Shown: positions 6,129-13,092, counted from the stretch's first letter. The stretch: DNA of 14,427 nt from an uncultured Candidatus Saccharibacteria bacterium (GCA_964462415.1 CAYWWP010000016.1:1-14427); one strand, 5' to 3'. The notes: generated from the sequence alone by a model not told the origin. Program-made: numbers and translations.

Positions 6129-6410
6129 ATGCACGAGCGACTAGAGGCAACAGTTTCCGGGCGGGTTCAAATGGTAATGTATCGCGATTTTGCTATGCGC
6201 AAGGCGCGTGGACTTAAGCTTGTTGGGGAAGTGCAGAATCTATCAGATGGCACGGTGCGAGTAATTGCAGAGGGTCCGCGCGCACAGCTTGAGGCCTATG
6301 TAGCAAAACTCTGGAAGGGCTCAGTACTTGCGCGTGTAACGCATGTAGAAGTGGACTTCGTGCCAGCTAGCGGAGGATATACGAAATTCGACATAAACTA
6401 TGGAAACTAA
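6129..6410 (+). CDS. acyP: Acylphosphatase
   Basis: VSGRVQMVMYRDFAMRKARGLKLVGEVQNLSDGTVRVIAEGP fits the acylphosphatase pattern (V.G.VQGV.FR ... G.V.N..DG.V). I prefer the ATG at 6129 to the TTG at 6084. Product is 93 aa. Confidence 0.8.
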   Translation: MHERLEATVSGRVQMVMYRDFAMRKARGLKLVGEVQNLSDGTVRVIAEGPRAQLEAYVAKLWKGSVLARVTHVEVDFVPASGGYTKFDINYGN

Positions 6411-7080
6411 TCCATCCGCTATCGGGATTATTCTCGATGGCAACCGTCGCTGGGCTCGTGCACGCGGGCTACCAACTCTTGAAGGTCATCGTGCTGGTTT
6501 TGAGAAGACAAAGGATCTTGTTCGATGGGCTCGTGCACGCTCAATAGGTACGGTATACATATACGCCTTTTCAACAGAGAACTGGAACCGTTCTCCAGAG
6601 GAGGTTGGGTACTTGATGCGGCTTTTTGCAGAAGCATTCTCAACAGAACTTATAGATGATATTGCTGAGCACAACGGGCGCATCGTGTTTTTGGGAGACA
6701 GAACCCGGATTCCGGATGAATTACGAGCACTCATGCAGCGTGCTGAAGATCGCACGAAAGGCGGAACACAAGGTACGCTTGCGGTGTGTCTATCCTATGG
6801 GGGACGAAGTGAGATAGTTGCGGCAGCTGAGTCCTTGCGGGGAGGTGCAGAGCTGGTTACCGAAGCGCTGTTTGCAAACATGCTTTGGAGTGCCGGACTT
6901 CCTGATCCAGACCTCATCATTCGCACGGGGGGAGATATGCGTCTCTCAAACTTCCTCTTATGGCAGGCTGCATATGCGGAACTCTTTTTTATTCCTGAGA
7001 CGTGGCCAGATTTCTCCGAGGCACTACTCGATCAGGTGCTAGAGGAATACCGAGCGCGTGAGCGCCGGCGAGGGAAGTAG
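6400..7080 (+). CDS. uppS: Undecaprenyl-diphosphate synthase (cis-isoprenyl transferase)
   Basis: IGIILDGNRRWARARGL, YAFSTENWNRSPEEV and IRTGGDMRLSNFLLWQAAYAELFF are hallmark UppS motifs. It overlaps acyP by 11 nt. Confidence 0.9.
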   Translation: METNPSAIGIILDGNRRWARARGLPTLEGHRAGFEKTKDLVRWARARSIGTVYIYAFSTENWNRSPEEVGYLMRLFAEAFSTELIDDIAEHNGRIVFLGDRTRIPDELRALMQRAEDRTKGGTQGTLAVCLSYGGRSEIVAAAESLRGGAELVTEALFANMLWSAGLPDPDLIIRTGGDMRLSNFLLWQAAYAELFFIPETWPDFSEALLDQVLEEYRARERRRGK

Positions 7081-7092
7081 GTGTGCTAGGGT

Positions 7093-7836
7093 GTGGGCAT
7101 GGAACTCACCATTCTCTACGAAGATGACCAGATGGTCGCGGTGGCAAAACCCGCGGGGATTATGACGCATCCGGATGGGCACACTCTCGAGGAGACGGTG
7201 TCGGATTGGTTTGCCGCTCGATACCCCGCTTCAGCTGCGGTGGGGGAGACGCAGCGCCTGGTAAATGGAACGGAAATAGCGCGTCCGGGCGTGATGCATC
7301 GCTTGGATAAAGATACCTCTGGTGTATTGGTGCTCGCGAAGACACAGGATATGCATGCATTTTTGAAGCACGCATTTAAAGAACGCACCGCCCACAAGAC
7401 ATACCTCGCACTCGTCTACGGTGTTCCTAAAGAGCGCAGAGGGACCATAGAGTTTGCTATTGGTCGCTCACGAAAGGATTTTCGCCTGCGTTCAGCACAG
7501 CCACGCGCCAAGGGCACCATGCGTGAAGCGGTGACGAAATATGAGGTAATGAGCGATATCGGAACCCATGCGCTCTTGCGGGTGCGTCCGGAAACCGGTC
7601 GCACCCATCAGATTCGCGTGCATTTAAAGGCAATCCACCACCCTATTGTGTGTGACCCGCTCTATGCCCCGGGGCGCCCGTGTGACCTCGGGACGAGCCG
7701 CTTGGCGCTCCACGCACTCTCGCTTGATCTGCCGCTGCCAGACGGTAGTCGACGCCTCATTACCGCCCCAGCCCCAGATGACTTGATCTCGGCGCTCAAG
7801 CATTTCCCCGAATATGAGGCAGCCATTGCCTCATAA
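7093..7836 (+). CDS. RluA-family 23S rRNA/tRNA pseudouridine synthase (no N-terminal S4 domain)
   Basis: The catalytic motif [15 protein letters not shown] is present, together with [10 protein letters not shown]. The start is GTG at 7093 or ATG at 7099. Confidence 0.85.
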   Translation: MGMELTILYEDDQMVAVAKPAGIMTHPDGHTLEETVSDWFAARYPASAAVGETQRLVNGTEIARPGVMHRLDKDTSGVLVLAKTQDMHAFLKHAFKERTAHKTYLALVYGVPKERRGTIEFAIGRSRKDFRLRSAQPRAKGTMREAVTKYEVMSDIGTHALLRVRPETGRTHQIRVHLKAIHHPIVCDPLYAPGRPCDLGTSRLALHALSLDLPLPDGSRRLITAPAPDDLISALKHFPEYEAAIAS

Positions 7837-7864
7837 GAAACCGCATGGTACAGTGCTGACCACT

Positions 7865-8374
7865 ATGCAGAACGTTATTACTCCGGTCGCAACCAACGAG
7901 CGTGTCCAGCTCGGTATTCGCACGGGCGACACCGTACGCGTCCACCAGAAGGTGGTAGAAAAGGGCAAGACTCGTATTCAGATTTTCGAAGGTCTCGTTA
8001 TCGCGGTTAAGCATGGCACTGAGCCAGGCGCTACCTTTACCGTACGCGCTACCATGTCAGGTATCGGCGTAGAGAAGATTTTCCCACTCTACAGTCCAGT
8101 AATCGAGAAGATTGAGATCACTCGTCGCTCTAAGGTTCGCCGCGCGAAGCTTTACTTCATCCGTGAGAAGGTTGCTCGTGAGGTACGTCGCCAGCTCCGC
8201 AACATGCGTATGGTTAAGGTATCAACCGATGACTTCAAGGAGGAAGAGGCTCCGGTAATTGAGGAGGCTGTAGCAGAAGAGGCACCTGTCGTTGAGGCAG
8301 AAGCAGTAGAGACTGCAGCAGCTGAGACCGCCGAGGTAGCAGCAGAAGAGAAGAAGGACGAGGCAGCAGCCTAA
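7865..8374 (+). CDS. rplS: 50S ribosomal protein L19 with a ~50-aa Glu/Ala-rich C-terminal extension
   Basis: [30 protein letters not shown]...TFTVR...[18 protein letters not shown] is the L19 core. I prefer the ATG at 7865 (MQNVI). An extended -10 TGGTACAGT (7846-7854) lies upstream. Confidence 0.9.
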   Translation: MQNVITPVATNERVQLGIRTGDTVRVHQKVVEKGKTRIQIFEGLVIAVKHGTEPGATFTVRATMSGIGVEKIFPLYSPVIEKIEITRRSKVRRAKLYFIREKVAREVRRQLRNMRMVKVSTDDFKEEEAPVIEEAVAEEAPVVEAEAVETAAAETAEVAAEEKKDEAAA

Positions 8375-8399
8375 GTACTCGCTCTCAAAAGTTGTAAAA

Positions 8400-8437
8400 A
8401 ATGAATTGGCCCGCTATAGTAAGCGGGTCAACTCATT
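8400..8437 (+). terminator. Imperfect long hairpin after rplS (probable terminator)
   Basis: AATGAATTGGCCCGCT-ATAGTA-AGCGGGTCAACTCATT forms about 16 bp with one mismatch and one G-U pair. The T tract is weak (TTGTT). Confidence 0.45.
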
Positions 8438-8455
8438 GTTAGGGGTTGGTCACCT

Positions 8456-8537
8456 GCCCAGTTGGTGAAATTGGTATACACGCTACCTTGAGGTGGTAGT
8501 CCTTTCGGGGGTGGAGGTTCGAGTCCTCTCCTGGGCA
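8456..8537 (+). tRNA. tRNA-Leu (anticodon GAG), class II; no encoded CCA
   Basis: GCCCAGT-TG-GTG-AAATTGGTATA-CAC-G-CTACC-TTGAGGT-GGTAG-TCCTTTCGGGGGT-GGAGG-TTCGAGT-CCTCT-CCTGGGC-A. There is one T/C mismatch at the 7-66 pair. Confidence 0.85.
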
Positions 8538-8540
8538 CAC

Positions 8541-8584
8541 GAGAAAATAACACTGGCTGCAGTTGTGGCCAGTGTTATTTTCTT
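8541..8584 (+). terminator. 17-bp hairpin with T tract directly after tRNA-Leu(GAG)
   Basis: GAGAAAATAACACTGGC (8541-8557) pairs with GCCAGTGTTATTTTCTT (8568-8584). The loop is 10 nt. Confidence 0.6.
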
Positions 8585-8702
8585 GCCCAGGAGAGGACTC
8601 GAAAGTGAGCGCGGGTACCAGCGCAGCAGCGCTGGTCGCGCGAGGCGGCTCGCGACATATTCGAGTGACGACGAGAATATGTTGTGAGAGAGTCCTCTCC
8701 TC
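8585..8702 (+). other. Candidate structured RNA or tRNA-derived repeat module (inverted plus direct copies of the tRNA-Leu 3' end around a GC-rich multi-hairpin core)
   Basis: Positions 8585-8603 are the perfect reverse complement of the tRNA 3' end at 8518-8536. Positions 8690-8701 are a direct copy of 8521-8532 and form a 12-bp closing stem with 8589-8600. Inside lie hairpins at 8609-8641, 8641-8652 and 8657-8680. The stretch 8609-8656 is about 79% GC by my count. All ORFs here are implausible because they overlap the tRNA and the hairpins. Confidence 0.5.
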
Positions 8703-8756
8703 AATTCTTCCCATCATTTTCCCGAAGCCAGAAGTCGTGGTATAACCCATCTACAT

Positions 8757-8833
8757 GGCGGCCTTAGCTCAGTTGGTAGAGCATCGGTTTGTGGTACCGA
8801 CGGTCATGGGTTCGAGCCCCATAGGTCGCCCCA
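8757..8833 (+). tRNA. tRNA-His (anticodon GTG) with encoded G-1 and encoded CCA
   Basis: G(-1)-GCGGCCT-TA-GCTC-AGTTGGTA-GAGC-A-TCGGT-TTGTGGT-ACCGA-CGGTC-ATGGG-TTCGAGC-CCCAT-AGGTCGC-C-CCA. G-1 opposite C73 is the His identity feature. An extended -10 TGGTATAAC lies at 8738-8746. Confidence 0.9.
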
Positions 8834-8844
8834 AGTAATGAACT

Positions 8845-9255
8845 ATGAAGACCTTTTTTCAAGAGTTTAAGAAGTTCGCGCTCCGTGGCAATGCGGTAGA
8901 TCTAGCAGTGGGTGTGGTCATCGGAGCTGCATTTAATGCCGTAACGAACTCACTCGTAAATAACGTGCTTACACCACCGCTTTCGTTGCTGACGAAGGGT
9001 ATTAACTTTAGTGATCTTGCAGTAGGCATTCCAAACACTGATGCCGCAATTCAATACGGTTTGTTCATTCAGGCACTCATAAGCTTCATCATTACTGCGT
9101 TCGCGCTCTTCTTGCTCGTCCAAGGTATGAACAAGCTGGCTGCTGCAGCTAAGAAGGATCAGGAAGATGGCGTCATGCCACTTCCCGAGAAAACTCCAGA
9201 ACTTAAGGTGCTCGAGGAGATTCGCGACACGCTCGCAGGACGACAACCTGAATAA
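8845..9255 (+). CDS. mscL: Large-conductance mechanosensitive channel
   Basis: FKKFALRGNAVDLAVGVVIGAAFNAVTNSLVNNVLTPPL is the canonical MscL N-terminus and TM1. Product is 136 aa. Confidence 0.9.
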   Translation: MKTFFQEFKKFALRGNAVDLAVGVVIGAAFNAVTNSLVNNVLTPPLSLLTKGINFSDLAVGIPNTDAAIQYGLFIQALISFIITAFALFLLVQGMNKLAAAAKKDQEDGVMPLPEKTPELKVLEEIRDTLAGRQPE

Positions 9256-9259
9256 CCCG

Positions 9260-9284
9260 AAGCGCCCCGAGAGGGGCGTTTTGC
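9260..9284 (+). terminator. Intrinsic terminator after mscL
   Basis: AAGCGCCCC-GAGA-GGGGCGTTT is followed by TTG. The stem is GC-rich with a GNRA-type loop. Confidence 0.7.
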
Positions 9285-9298
9285 TATACTGCCGGCAT

Positions 9299-9979
9299 AT
9301 GAAGCAGCTACTCGCACTTGTCGTATTACTCGTAGTTCTTGGTGTTGCAGGATTTGCCTATCGCAACGCTCTTGAGCACCCATCTGCACCCGTCCCTCCT
9401 CAAGGTGGAACTGCAACTGCGTGTACGGCAGACGCGAAGCTCTGCCCGGATGGTTCCTCAGTAGGCCGCACCGGGCCTGAGTGTGCGTTTGCAGCTTGTG
9501 CTCTACCCAATGCTGAAGATGCCTCAATTGGGATTGGCTTTGTCATTCCTACAGGCTATGTCGCTAACGGAGAGGCGATTGGTGCAGACGAGACCCTTCG
9601 CGCGGTATTCGATAAGCCAGCAGCGGGATCGGTTCCGCACACCATAGTGATTCGTCGCTACTCTATTCCGGAAGGGAAGACAGGTGCGGATGTTGTGTTG
9701 ACTAATACTATGTTCGAGCCTTCAGGTAACACCCCTAAGTCACTCAAGGAATTTAAGCCCGTGGTTATAAATGGCAAAACGTACCAGACCGTGGTGCTCG
9801 AGCGCTTCGAGGGTGTGGTGCACAGTGCGTACTATCTTGTGCGTGAAAAGGATGTGCTGAAGTTTGAGATCTTGGAGAAAGACGTGAAGAACTGGACCGA
9901 TGCGAAGCTAAAGGTAGAAGACTTACCGGAGCACAAAGCACTACAGGCACTGCTCACCAGTCTCCAGTCTGCTAGCTAG
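9299..9979 (+). CDS. Membrane-anchored or secreted hypothetical protein with an N-proximal four-Cys module
   Basis: I use the internal ATG at 9299 (MKQLLALVVLLVVLGVAGFAY), because the upstream part of ORF 9167..9979 overlaps mscL and its terminator. The Cys module is C-x6-C-x12-C-x4-C (CTADAKLCPDGSSVGRTGPECAFAAC). A -10-like TATACT (9285-9290) lies 8 nt before the ATG. Confidence 0.65.
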   Translation: MKQLLALVVLLVVLGVAGFAYRNALEHPSAPVPPQGGTATACTADAKLCPDGSSVGRTGPECAFAACALPNAEDASIGIGFVIPTGYVANGEAIGADETLRAVFDKPAAGSVPHTIVIRRYSIPEGKTGADVVLTNTMFEPSGNTPKSLKEFKPVVINGKTYQTVVLERFEGVVHSAYYLVREKDVLKFEILEKDVKNWTDAKLKVEDLPEHKALQALLTSLQSAS

Positions 9980-10587
9980 CGTGCTTCGTGGGTGCGTAGC
10001 GCGGCTAGTGCACGCATAGCAAGGTGATCAAAGAGCGCAAGCGCGATTTCCTGGTCATGTGCGTACGTTTCTGTAATCTTTGTGCGCTGCGTGGTGACAT
10101 GTAGCTCAAATGCTTCGGCGGTCGTGTCATACCGTTCATTCACAATGCGCGTTAATTTCGGCATGATCTTATCGAGTGTCTTGATGTATCGAGCCTCGCG
10201 GTCTTCGAGCGACTCGTAAGCACGAATGGTGCGCGCAACCCAGGGAAGGTGCGTGAGTTCAGCCTCAATACGTAGGAGTGCTGCGTGCTCTCGCTCTTCT
10301 TTTAGGCGCAGAATATCTTCGGGTATACCTCCAAACGTGTTGGTGTCACCCGCATACGCTTCCACGAGGTCATGGATGAGTGCGTACTGTGCGACAGTCC
10401 CCACATTCAGGGTAGGGTCTAGTTCTGCTGCCACCGCACAGGCAATCAGTCCAAGCATTACGGTGTGGTCTGTATCTGATTCGGGGGTAGTTCCGTCTTC
10501 AAGAAACGTGACGCGGTCTACTTGTGCAAAACGGCTCGTGAGTCGGGCGAGCGAGATTACTGCGTCAGCGATGGGGTCCATACGCAC
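9976..10587 (-). CDS. HD-domain phosphohydrolase (YfbR-like 5'-nucleotidase family)
   Basis: The H...HD...D pattern is present (ESDTDHTVMLGLIA; ALIHDLVEAYAGD). The GTG start is preceded by AGGAG (10594-10598, minus strand) at 6-nt spacing. This is one of the few clear SD sites in the window. Confidence 0.8.
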   Translation of the reverse strand: MRMDPIADAVISLARLTSRFAQVDRVTFLEDGTTPESDTDHTVMLGLIACAVAAELDPTLNVGTVAQYALIHDLVEAYAGDTNTFGGIPEDILRLKEEREHAALLRIEAELTHLPWVARTIRAYESLEDREARYIKTLDKIMPKLTRIVNERYDTTAEAFELHVTTQRTKITETYAHDQEIALALFDHLAMRALAALRTHEAR

Positions 10588-10629
10588 ATGGTACTCCTAA
10601 TTTGAAACATGCATACCTGTCTATTTAGT

Positions 10630-10644
10630 TGCGAATCATTCGCA
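10630..10644. promoter_or_regulatory. Perfect 7-1-7 inverted repeat TGCGAAT-C-ATTCGCA, candidate Fur-family operator
   Basis: It lies in the 94-nt divergent region between the HD gene and the fur-family gene. The 7-1-7 layout and the central AATnATT core match Fur/Zur/PerR-type boxes. A degenerate second copy, cacGAATCATTactt, lies at 10691-10705. Confidence 0.5.
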
Positions 10645-10681
10645 TATACTCCAAACTATCCGAGTAGAGTAGAATACAGCT

Positions 10682-11086
10682 ATGACTGGGCACGAATCAT
10701 TACTTAAAAGTGTGGGATTGCGCGCAACGAAGCAGCGTATTGCTGTACTTACCGTGCTTGAGCGACAGAAAGGACCGGTGTCAGTAGAGGAGCTTACACG
10801 AGCAAGTAAACTTGCGTTCGATTTGGCCACCGCATACAGGACCCTGGATTCATTTGTTGCTGCTGGTATCGCACGCAAAATGGAGCTCGCGCAGGGTCGT
10901 GCACTCTATGAACGAGCAGGGGAACACCATCATCATGCTGTGTGTGTTGAGTGTGGCGCAATAGCGGATATTCAGGCTTGTTTGCCGCCAGGTATCGACA
11001 AGGAAGTACGTAAGGCGACTGGCTTCGCGTCCATTGCTTCACACACACTCGAGTTTTTTGGAACATGTGCGAAATGCGCGCGCTAA
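10682..11086 (+). CDS. Fur-family metalloregulator (Fur/Zur/PerR type)
   Basis: There is a winged-helix N-terminus (LRATKQRIAVLTVLERQKGPVSVEEL). It also has the HHHHAVCVECG motif and a C-terminal CAKC, giving a Cys4 structural site. Product is 134 aa. A -10-like TAGAAT (10670-10675) lies 6 nt before the ATG. Confidence 0.85.
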   Translation: MTGHESLLKSVGLRATKQRIAVLTVLERQKGPVSVEELTRASKLAFDLATAYRTLDSFVAAGIARKMELAQGRALYERAGEHHHHAVCVECGAIADIQACLPPGIDKEVRKATGFASIASHTLEFFGTCAKCAR

Positions 11087-11091
11087 ATACT

Positions 11092-12213
11092 ATGCGATTG
11101 CTATACGGAGCACTCATTGCCTGCCTCTTGGTAATTCCGCCTCTGGCGCACGCACAGATTCCGCCGCAAGACACAGAGACCATTGAACGCGCGGTAGTCA
11201 CGAGCGTTGATAAGGAAACCATAACCGCGACGCCAGGAACGGGGGTGCGTGCACAGCAGCAGGTACTTACGGTAGAGGTACTTACTGGGGGAGAGAAAGG
11301 GAAGGTCGTTACCTTCACTAATGACTTTACGCAGTTGCGTGCCGGCGAGCAGTTTTACCTGCGCCACCTCGTGCGTCACTCAGAAGGACAGGAATATTAC
11401 ACTGTTGCTGATCCGTACCGACTGCCGATGCTCGGGGTGCTGGCGACGCTCTTTGTACTGCTTACGGTCGCGATAGGAGGCAAACAGGGTGTTCGGGGTC
11501 TGGCGTCGTTGGTGGGCAGCATGGTGCTTATTGCATACGTGCTTTTGCCTGGGGTGGTAGCCGGCTATTCGCCCATACTGGTTTCAGTGGGGGTTGCCTC
11601 TCTCATCGTAGTGGTGGGCTCCTATATCACCCATGGGATAAACCGCACCACATCTACTGCAGTACTTGGCATGATTGCAACGGTGTTGATTACGGGACTC
11701 GGTGCAGGGCTTGCCGTGTCATTTGGACATTTCTCTGGCTACACCTCAGAGGATGTGACCTACGTGCATTACAAGTTCAACGGCGCCATAGACCTGGTTG
11801 GTCTCTTAATGGGCGGTATTCTCATTGGTCTTTTGGGAGTCCTCTACGACAGCGCCATAGGGCAGGCGGTTGCTGTGGAGGAGCTGATGCGCGCAGGCAG
11901 ACATCTCACAAAGACTGAGGTATTTTTGCGTGCCATGCGGCTTGGACGCGAACATATTGGCGCGCTCGTTAATACGCTCGCTATTGCATATGTGGGTGCC
12001 ACGCTTCCGTTACTTCTGCTGTTAAGTACTTCAGACAATCCGCTTCTGTATATCATCAATAGTGAAGGGCTAGCTTCAGAGTTGGTACGCATCTTTGTGG
12101 GTAGTATTGGGCTACTGCTTGCCGTTCCTGTCACTACCGTTATTGCGGTGCTCGTGCTCGGTACCTATGGCGTACCTGTAAGAAAATCTTCACACGCCCG
12201 TCATACCCATTGA
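11092..12213 (+). CDS. YibE/F-family integral membrane protein with an N-terminal signal peptide and extracytoplasmic domain
   Basis: I prefer the ATG at 11092 (MRLLYGALIACLLVIPPLAHA), 6 nt after the fur stop. Multiple TM segments and the stretch DLVGLLMGGILIGLLGVLYDSAIGQAVAVEEL...GREHIGALVNTLAIAYVGATLPLLLL resemble YibE/F proteins as I remember them. Confidence 0.75.
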   Translation: MRLLYGALIACLLVIPPLAHAQIPPQDTETIERAVVTSVDKETITATPGTGVRAQQQVLTVEVLTGGEKGKVVTFTNDFTQLRAGEQFYLRHLVRHSEGQEYYTVADPYRLPMLGVLATLFVLLTVAIGGKQGVRGLASLVGSMVLIAYVLLPGVVAGYSPILVSVGVASLIVVVGSYITHGINRTTSTAVLGMIATVLITGLGAGLAVSFGHFSGYTSEDVTYVHYKFNGAIDLVGLLMGGILIGLLGVLYDSAIGQAVAVEELMRAGRHLTKTEVFLRAMRLGREHIGALVNTLAIAYVGATLPLLLLLSTSDNPLLYIINSEGLASELVRIFVGSIGLLLAVPVTTVIAVLVLGTYGVPVRKSSHARHTH

Positions 12214-12227
12214 GTGAGTGATATGCT

Positions 12228-12256
12228 TACGGTGTACCACTACACCGTAGATTTTT
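12228..12256 (+). terminator. Intrinsic terminator after the YibE/F gene
   Basis: TACGGTGTA-CCAC-TACACCGTA forms a perfect 9-bp stem, followed by GATTTTT. Confidence 0.7.
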
Positions 12257-12276
12257 AGTAATTAACGTGTCTCACA

Positions 12277-13071
12277 ATGAATGAATTAATGGCAGACAAG
12301 ACGTTCCGCATTGCCGCTGTATCAGTTCTGGCGCTTTTGACGCTGTTTCTTGCAGTAAAGACGTGGAATGGCGCGTTTGGAAAGAGTCAGTTTGAGCCAA
12401 CCAACATGATTACCGTGGAGGGAACTGGCGAAGTGTCTGTGGTTCCTGACGTCGCACAGATCACGTTCACGGTGACTGAGTCAGCTACAACCGTAAAGGC
12501 AGCTCAGGATGCTGCAACCAAGAAGACCAATGACGCCATTGCTGCTGTCGAGAAGCTTGGTGTTGAAAAGAAGGACGTAAAGACGGAGAACTATTCGGTG
12601 TCTCCTAAGTACGAGTACCCATCTCCATGTCCTGCGGGAGCCATGTGTGCAGCTATGGTGTCAGGCACACCAAAGATTGTCGGATACGACGTAGCACAGA
12701 CGGTAACGGTTAAGGTGCGCAATACTGATAAGGCAGGTGATGTACTCACCGCACTTGGTGGCCTTAACGTGCAGAATATCCAGGGTCCTAACTTCATGGT
12801 GGACGACGAGGATGCTGCTCTTGCAGAGGCTCGTGGCAAGGCTATCGAAGAAGCACGTGCTAAGGCAAAGGTGCTCGCAAAGCAGCTTGGCGTGTCACTT
12901 GGAAAGGTTATGAGCTACAACGAAGGCACGAGCTATCCGCAGCCTATGATGTACACCGCGACCATGAAGGCCGCAGGGGTCATGGAGTCTCGCGATGCCG
13001 TAACTCCGAACCTCCCAACTGGCGAGCATAAGTCGTCAGTGACGGTTTCGGTCACCTACGAGATTCACTAG
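12277..13071 (+). CDS. SIMPL/DUF541-family protein (BP26/OMP28-like), membrane-anchored
   Basis: ITVEGTGEVSVVPDVAQITFTV...AAQDAATKKTNDAIAAVEKLGVEKKDVKTENYSVSP...GYDVAQTVTVKVRN and the C-terminal EARAKAKVLAKQLGVSLGKV fit the SIMPL pattern. An alternative ATG lies at 12289. Confidence 0.8.
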   Translation: MNELMADKTFRIAAVSVLALLTLFLAVKTWNGAFGKSQFEPTNMITVEGTGEVSVVPDVAQITFTVTESATTVKAAQDAATKKTNDAIAAVEKLGVEKKDVKTENYSVSPKYEYPSPCPAGAMCAAMVSGTPKIVGYDVAQTVTVKVRNTDKAGDVLTALGGLNVQNIQGPNFMVDDEDAALAEARGKAIEEARAKAKVLAKQLGVSLGKVMSYNEGTSYPQPMMYTATMKAAGVMESRDAVTPNLPTGEHKSSVTVSVTYEIH

Positions 13072-13092
13072 TCTCTAGTTCATAGGTGCGGT

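Noticed and set aside
8213-8371. Possible tandem DNA repeat or CRISPR-like periodicity in the GAG/GCA-rich stretch
   Set aside because: It is in-frame low-complexity coding sequence (the Glu/Ala tail of L19). There is no regular repeat-spacer structure, and no CRISPR array anywhere in the window.
8439-8750. 103-aa minus-strand ORF and three overlapping 60-73-aa ORFs (8483-8704, 8493-8687, 8563-8745)
   Set aside because: All of them overlap tRNA-Leu(GAG), its terminator hairpin and the inverted-repeat module. They have Arg/Ser/Gly-rich junk composition and no start context.
10794-11318. 174-aa minus-strand ORF (and 11101-11379) antisense to the fur and YibE/F genes
   Set aside because: They overlap two well-supported plus-strand genes and cross their junction. 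They show no family resemblance.
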